Assembly (NCBI RefSeq): GCF_006345805.1
Contig: NW_021826638.1
Span: forward strand, 1-13,799
Source of the DNA: Octopus sinensis
Lineage: Eukaryota
DNA length: 13,799 bases
Direction of reading: 5' to 3'
In this document: positions 10,417 through 13,799 of the stretch, piece after piece
How the letters are laid out: each line of letters begins with the position of its first letter
Position numbering within the stretch: position 1 is the first letter of the stretch
Made by a program: the position numbers and the translations under genes
Notes under the pieces: model-generated
Told to the model about the DNA's origin: nothing
Seen by the model: the letters and a program-made list of their open reading frames with translations, nothing else
Database searches by the model: none

Positions 10417-10440
10417 CATAAATGCATGCATTCATACATA
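10361..10440. repeat. (TA)n/(TACA)n block; candidate right-hand target-site duplication (10361-10416)
   Basis: catacatatatacatacatatata(ta)n tttatata matches 8830-8891. Confidence 0.8.
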
Positions 10441-10821
10441 TAGACGTGTATATACCCACATACGCATATATACTATCTAAAACAAAAGAAAACCCGATCA
10501 TGTCCAAAGGGTAGTACTGGATAGGGTGAATACTTTACATAGTTTTCAGGTGTAATTAAATGTAAATTATAATGTTTATTTGTTTAAGTTAACAGCAGAA
10601 AATTTGCATGTGTATGTTTGTCTCTTCTTGCAGGAATGCAAGCGTGCCCTTCGCATGCGAAAAACAAACGCACCTACATCTTAAACTGTCATGTCTTTTA
10701 TTAATATGTAAAGGGAAGTAACTCTAAAAGTTGATTTTCAGTTATCTCCCTTAATTATGTAGTTAAGAGAATATAAACTTTTCTGGTTATTTTCTGATTT
10801 ATACACTTAATTTTTCAATTA

Positions 10822-10912
10822 TTTGACTGCGGCCATGGTGGAGCAATGCCTTTATTCGTGTAAATCGACACCAGGACTTATACTTTGTAGGCCTAGTATT
10901 TAAACTATCGGC

Positions 10913-10975
<63 letters not shown>

Positions 10976-11061
10976 CATGCCGCAGCAGCGCCTTTATTCG
11001 AGAAAATGGAAACCAGGACTTATCTTTGTGTGGCCTAGTATTTAATCTATCTTTCTCTTTT
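10822..11061. mobile_element. Block Z copy 1: two partial SINE-body copies separated by (CA)n(TA)n; truncated at ~11061
   Basis: ttattcgtgtaaatcgacaccaggacttatactttg..gcctagtattta is repeated as ttattcgagaaaatggaaaccaggacttatctttg..gcctagtattta; resembles an abundant Octopus SINE body (recollection). No tRNA head visible. Confidence 0.65.
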
Positions 11062-11555
11062 AGTCAGTTGATAAAAAACCTTATATATAAGAAGGAAATC
11101 ATGTTTACTTATCCCTATGGCCATTATATATAAGGCTTATTTTACCTGATTAAGATTTCTAAACGATGAACCTTATTTTACTTTATTTACACGATATATA
11201 TATATATTATATTTTTTATATCCTCCTATATGTATATATATTTATATATGTTTTATATATTTTTATATGTCTATATTTTTATATACCTATATATTTTTAT
11301 ATATTGCTTATATTATATTTTACTTTATACGTAATTTTATAAATGTATTCTATTTAAATCGCCAGAATATTAATTCTAGGTCTTAATGATAAGAATTTTT
11401 TCTCGCACCATACCATATTATTATTATTATTACGTGCTGTACATATAAATTTTCTTCCATCTTGCGGGTTATATGTTTATTCTATAATTAAATGTTCGAA
11501 TTATGAAATGACATGCGGTTGACTTTGTATTTGCTTGCTCAATGATTCTAGTTTG
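11062..11555. other. Block V: very AT-rich low-complexity segment with no counterpart seen elsewhere in the window
   Basis: Sits between the truncated SINE and the (TA)n flank of CR1 copy D. Confidence 0.6.
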
Positions 11556-11582
11556 ATATATATATATATATATATTTATATA

Positions 11583-12875
11583 ACTTAGAATAACTTAGAA
11601 AGGTTTTGGCCAGTATTGGCCCAGGCCATGTCTAACTTAATAGCACCACCTGGCGAAGTCTTTCAGTTCAGGATTTGGGCACCAAGGCCCATTCGAGCAG
11701 AGAGTTATTGTTTGCGGAGACATATCCGGGTGTGGGTGGTTTGTCTGGTACTGTTTGAAGGAATTTGTCCAAAGACTTCTTGAATTTTGTGTGGTCAGTT
11801 TCTGTTTTGACGTGTCCTGGTGTAATGTTGAAGAGAGCGGCTCCAATTGAGATGAAATAATTGTGCCGTATTGTCGTTATGTGGTGCGATTTAGATTTTT
11901 GTTGTGGACGGATGGCACGTGGTCCAAGCCTTCGATGTATTTTGAAGGTGATGCCAACATCATTCGGACAGTACTGATGGAATATTTTCCACATCATACA
12001 GATAATGTAGCGTTCACGGCGTCGTTGGAGTGAATACAGTTTCAGTTTCTCTAGTCTACCCTAGTAGTCAAGGTCTGACATGCCATCTATCTTTTTTGTG
12101 ATTGACCGTTGGGGAGCTTCAATTCTCATAATATTTTGTTTTGTGTGTTGAGACCACAGTGGACAGCAGTATTCAAGGTGGGGTCGGGCAAAAGGGGAAA
12201 GAGAAGGATAATAGTGTGGGAATCTCTCGACTGGAAGGTTCTGAGAATCCAGGAACACATTCTGCGGCGCCATATCAACTTTGCTGCTTATATGTAGCCC
12301 AGCTTATGTTGTTGTCCACTGTTACTCCCAAGTCTCTGATGTTGTTAGACGCCATGAGAATTTCTCCAGAAGGAAGGGAGTATGGGAGTTTTAGAGCGTC
12401 CTCCCTTCCAAAGTGGATCAGTTCGAATTTGTCTTCGTTTAGTAACATGTTATTTTTTCCGCCCATTGGAGAACAGCCAGTAGGTCTGACTGAAGGCTTA
12501 TTCGGTCATCCACGCCATTGATGACCTTCTGGAGCTTGGAATCATCAGCGAAAGTTCTGATGTTATTGTGTTTGATGGTGTCAGTAATATCATTAATGTA
12601 GATGATGAAGAGAAGTGGGTCCAACACAGTGCCTTGTGGGACACCACTGCTGACTTTGGCTGGGCTGGATTTGACTCCTTCGACTACAACATGTTGGGTT
12701 CTGTTTGAGAGGAAGCACTTGATCCACTGTAGCAGCTTTTCAGTGACACCAATATTGGACAGCTTTCTCAAAAGGATCTTATGATCAACCCTGTCAAAGT
12801 CCTTGCTGAAATCAAGGAAGATGACATCAGTGTTGGAGCCCTCTCCCAAGGCTCTCAAAATGATGCAGTAGCTGC
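11583..12875 (-). mobile_element. CR1-clade LINE copy D (decayed; 5' part removed by a deletion)
   Basis: ORFs 12439-12858, 12275-12466, 12061-12273 and 11668-11997 are colinear with copy C; same 3' junction tttatata|acttagaataacttag. Confidence 0.93.
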
Positions 12876-12953
12876 ATTCGTGTAAATCGACACCAGGACT
12901 TATACTTTGACGGCCTAGTATTTAAACTATCGGGCACACACACACACACACAT

Positions 12954-12994
<41 letters not shown>

Positions 12995-13190
12995 ATATAT
13001 ATATATATATATATATATATTCCATGCCGCAGCAGCGCCTTTATTCGAGAATATCGAAACCAGGACTTATTCTTTGTGGGCCTAGTATTTAATCTATCTT
13101 TCTCTTTTTCACGAAACGCTAAGTTACGGGGACATGAACACAATAGCACCGGTTTTCAATCGGTGTTGGAGGGATAAACATACATACATC
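12876..13190. mobile_element. Block Z copy 2: SINE-body fragments with (CA)n(TA)n; extends further than copy 1
   Basis: 12876-13108 matches 10854-11061, then continues cacgaaacgctaagttacggggacatgaacac...cggtgttggagggataaacatac, which resembles the SINE consensus as I recall it. Confidence 0.7.
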
Positions 13191-13211
13191 CCTTGTGAAC
13201 AAATTTATTGC

Positions 13212-13709
13212 TTAGCCCTTGGTCAACCCTGACTGTGCAGGCCTGAGATCAAAAGCATTCTAGCTGTGACCATCCTGTCTTTTTCCTATTTGCAATGACC
13301 ATATAACCATGTGAGTTCACATGTCCTTGTTTTCAGATACGAGGCAGATGTGGCTGCTACATCTAACACCTAACCACCACATACACGATCTCTCATTGTT
13401 CATTATTAGCTTGTGCAAATAAATAGACAGGAACATGTTGACAGGACCCTGCTTAGATTTTCAGTAGACGCATCAGATAGCATTTTTATCTGATGTACTT
13501 ACTACTACCACAGATAACTGTGGTTGTTCAATATGATTGAGTATTGGGTATATCTATTGATGAGGGGGTCTATTCATATCCATTCCCTGTCTTCAGTCAT
13601 CATATGTTGTCAGAATCATAAGGATGCATTCCTCACACTCCTATTTGGGTATTTTAAACATGATGTAGCTAACCCCTCTCTCTGTCAAACCACAGTGGAA
13701 ATCTTTCAA

Positions 13710-13770
<61 letters not shown>

Positions 13771-13799
13771 AAGAGAGAGAGAATGAGAGAGTGTAAAAT
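13212..13799 (+). repeat. Block X, copy 2 (runs off the window), includes (GA)n at ~13715-13790
   Basis: Colinear with 3781-4342. Confidence 0.95.

Noticed and set aside
6306-11846. Four recurring MEPLSSTL(H/Q)Q... ORFs suggesting a small gene family
   Set aside because: Alternative reading frame of the CR1 3' end in copies A-D.
9418-12784. Plus-strand ORFs overlapping the CR1 copies
   Set aside because: Antisense to the RT coding frames and not preserved in the same frame between copies C and D.
3781-13211. Whole X-to-Z unit as a Helitron or TIR transposon
   Set aside because: No TC/CTRR termini with a subterminal hairpin, no terminal inverted repeats and no transposase or Rep/helicase remnants seen.

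Overview
AT-rich eukaryotic, repeat-dominated DNA with no intact protein-coding gene. The SINE motifs look, from memory, like the abundant Octopus/cephalopod families, so the host is inferred, not proven. From left to right: a decayed, 5'-truncated L1/Tx1-clade LINE on the minus strand (~1-2005); a 1.3 kb (AAT)n tract with a 160 bp unique island; tRNA-derived SINE remnants; then a nested duplication. In that duplication, one 5'-truncated CR1-clade LINE insertion (8892-10360, minus strand) sits inside a (TA)n block with an apparent ~56-62 bp target-site duplication. It was then copied at the DNA level at least three times: two 3' stubs in a ~1.3 kb tandem array, and an older copy at 11583-12875 that shares its inactivating lesions. 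Block order is X-Y-[stub-Y']x2-CR1-W-Z'-V-CR1-(W deleted)-Z-X, i.e. a permuted or rearranged segmental duplication with readable breakpoints. I see no evidence for a new enzymatic system; the interest is in genome-rearrangement mechanics. Many single-base indels suggest a poorly polished long-read assembly, so the youngest duplication and some frameshifts could be artefacts.
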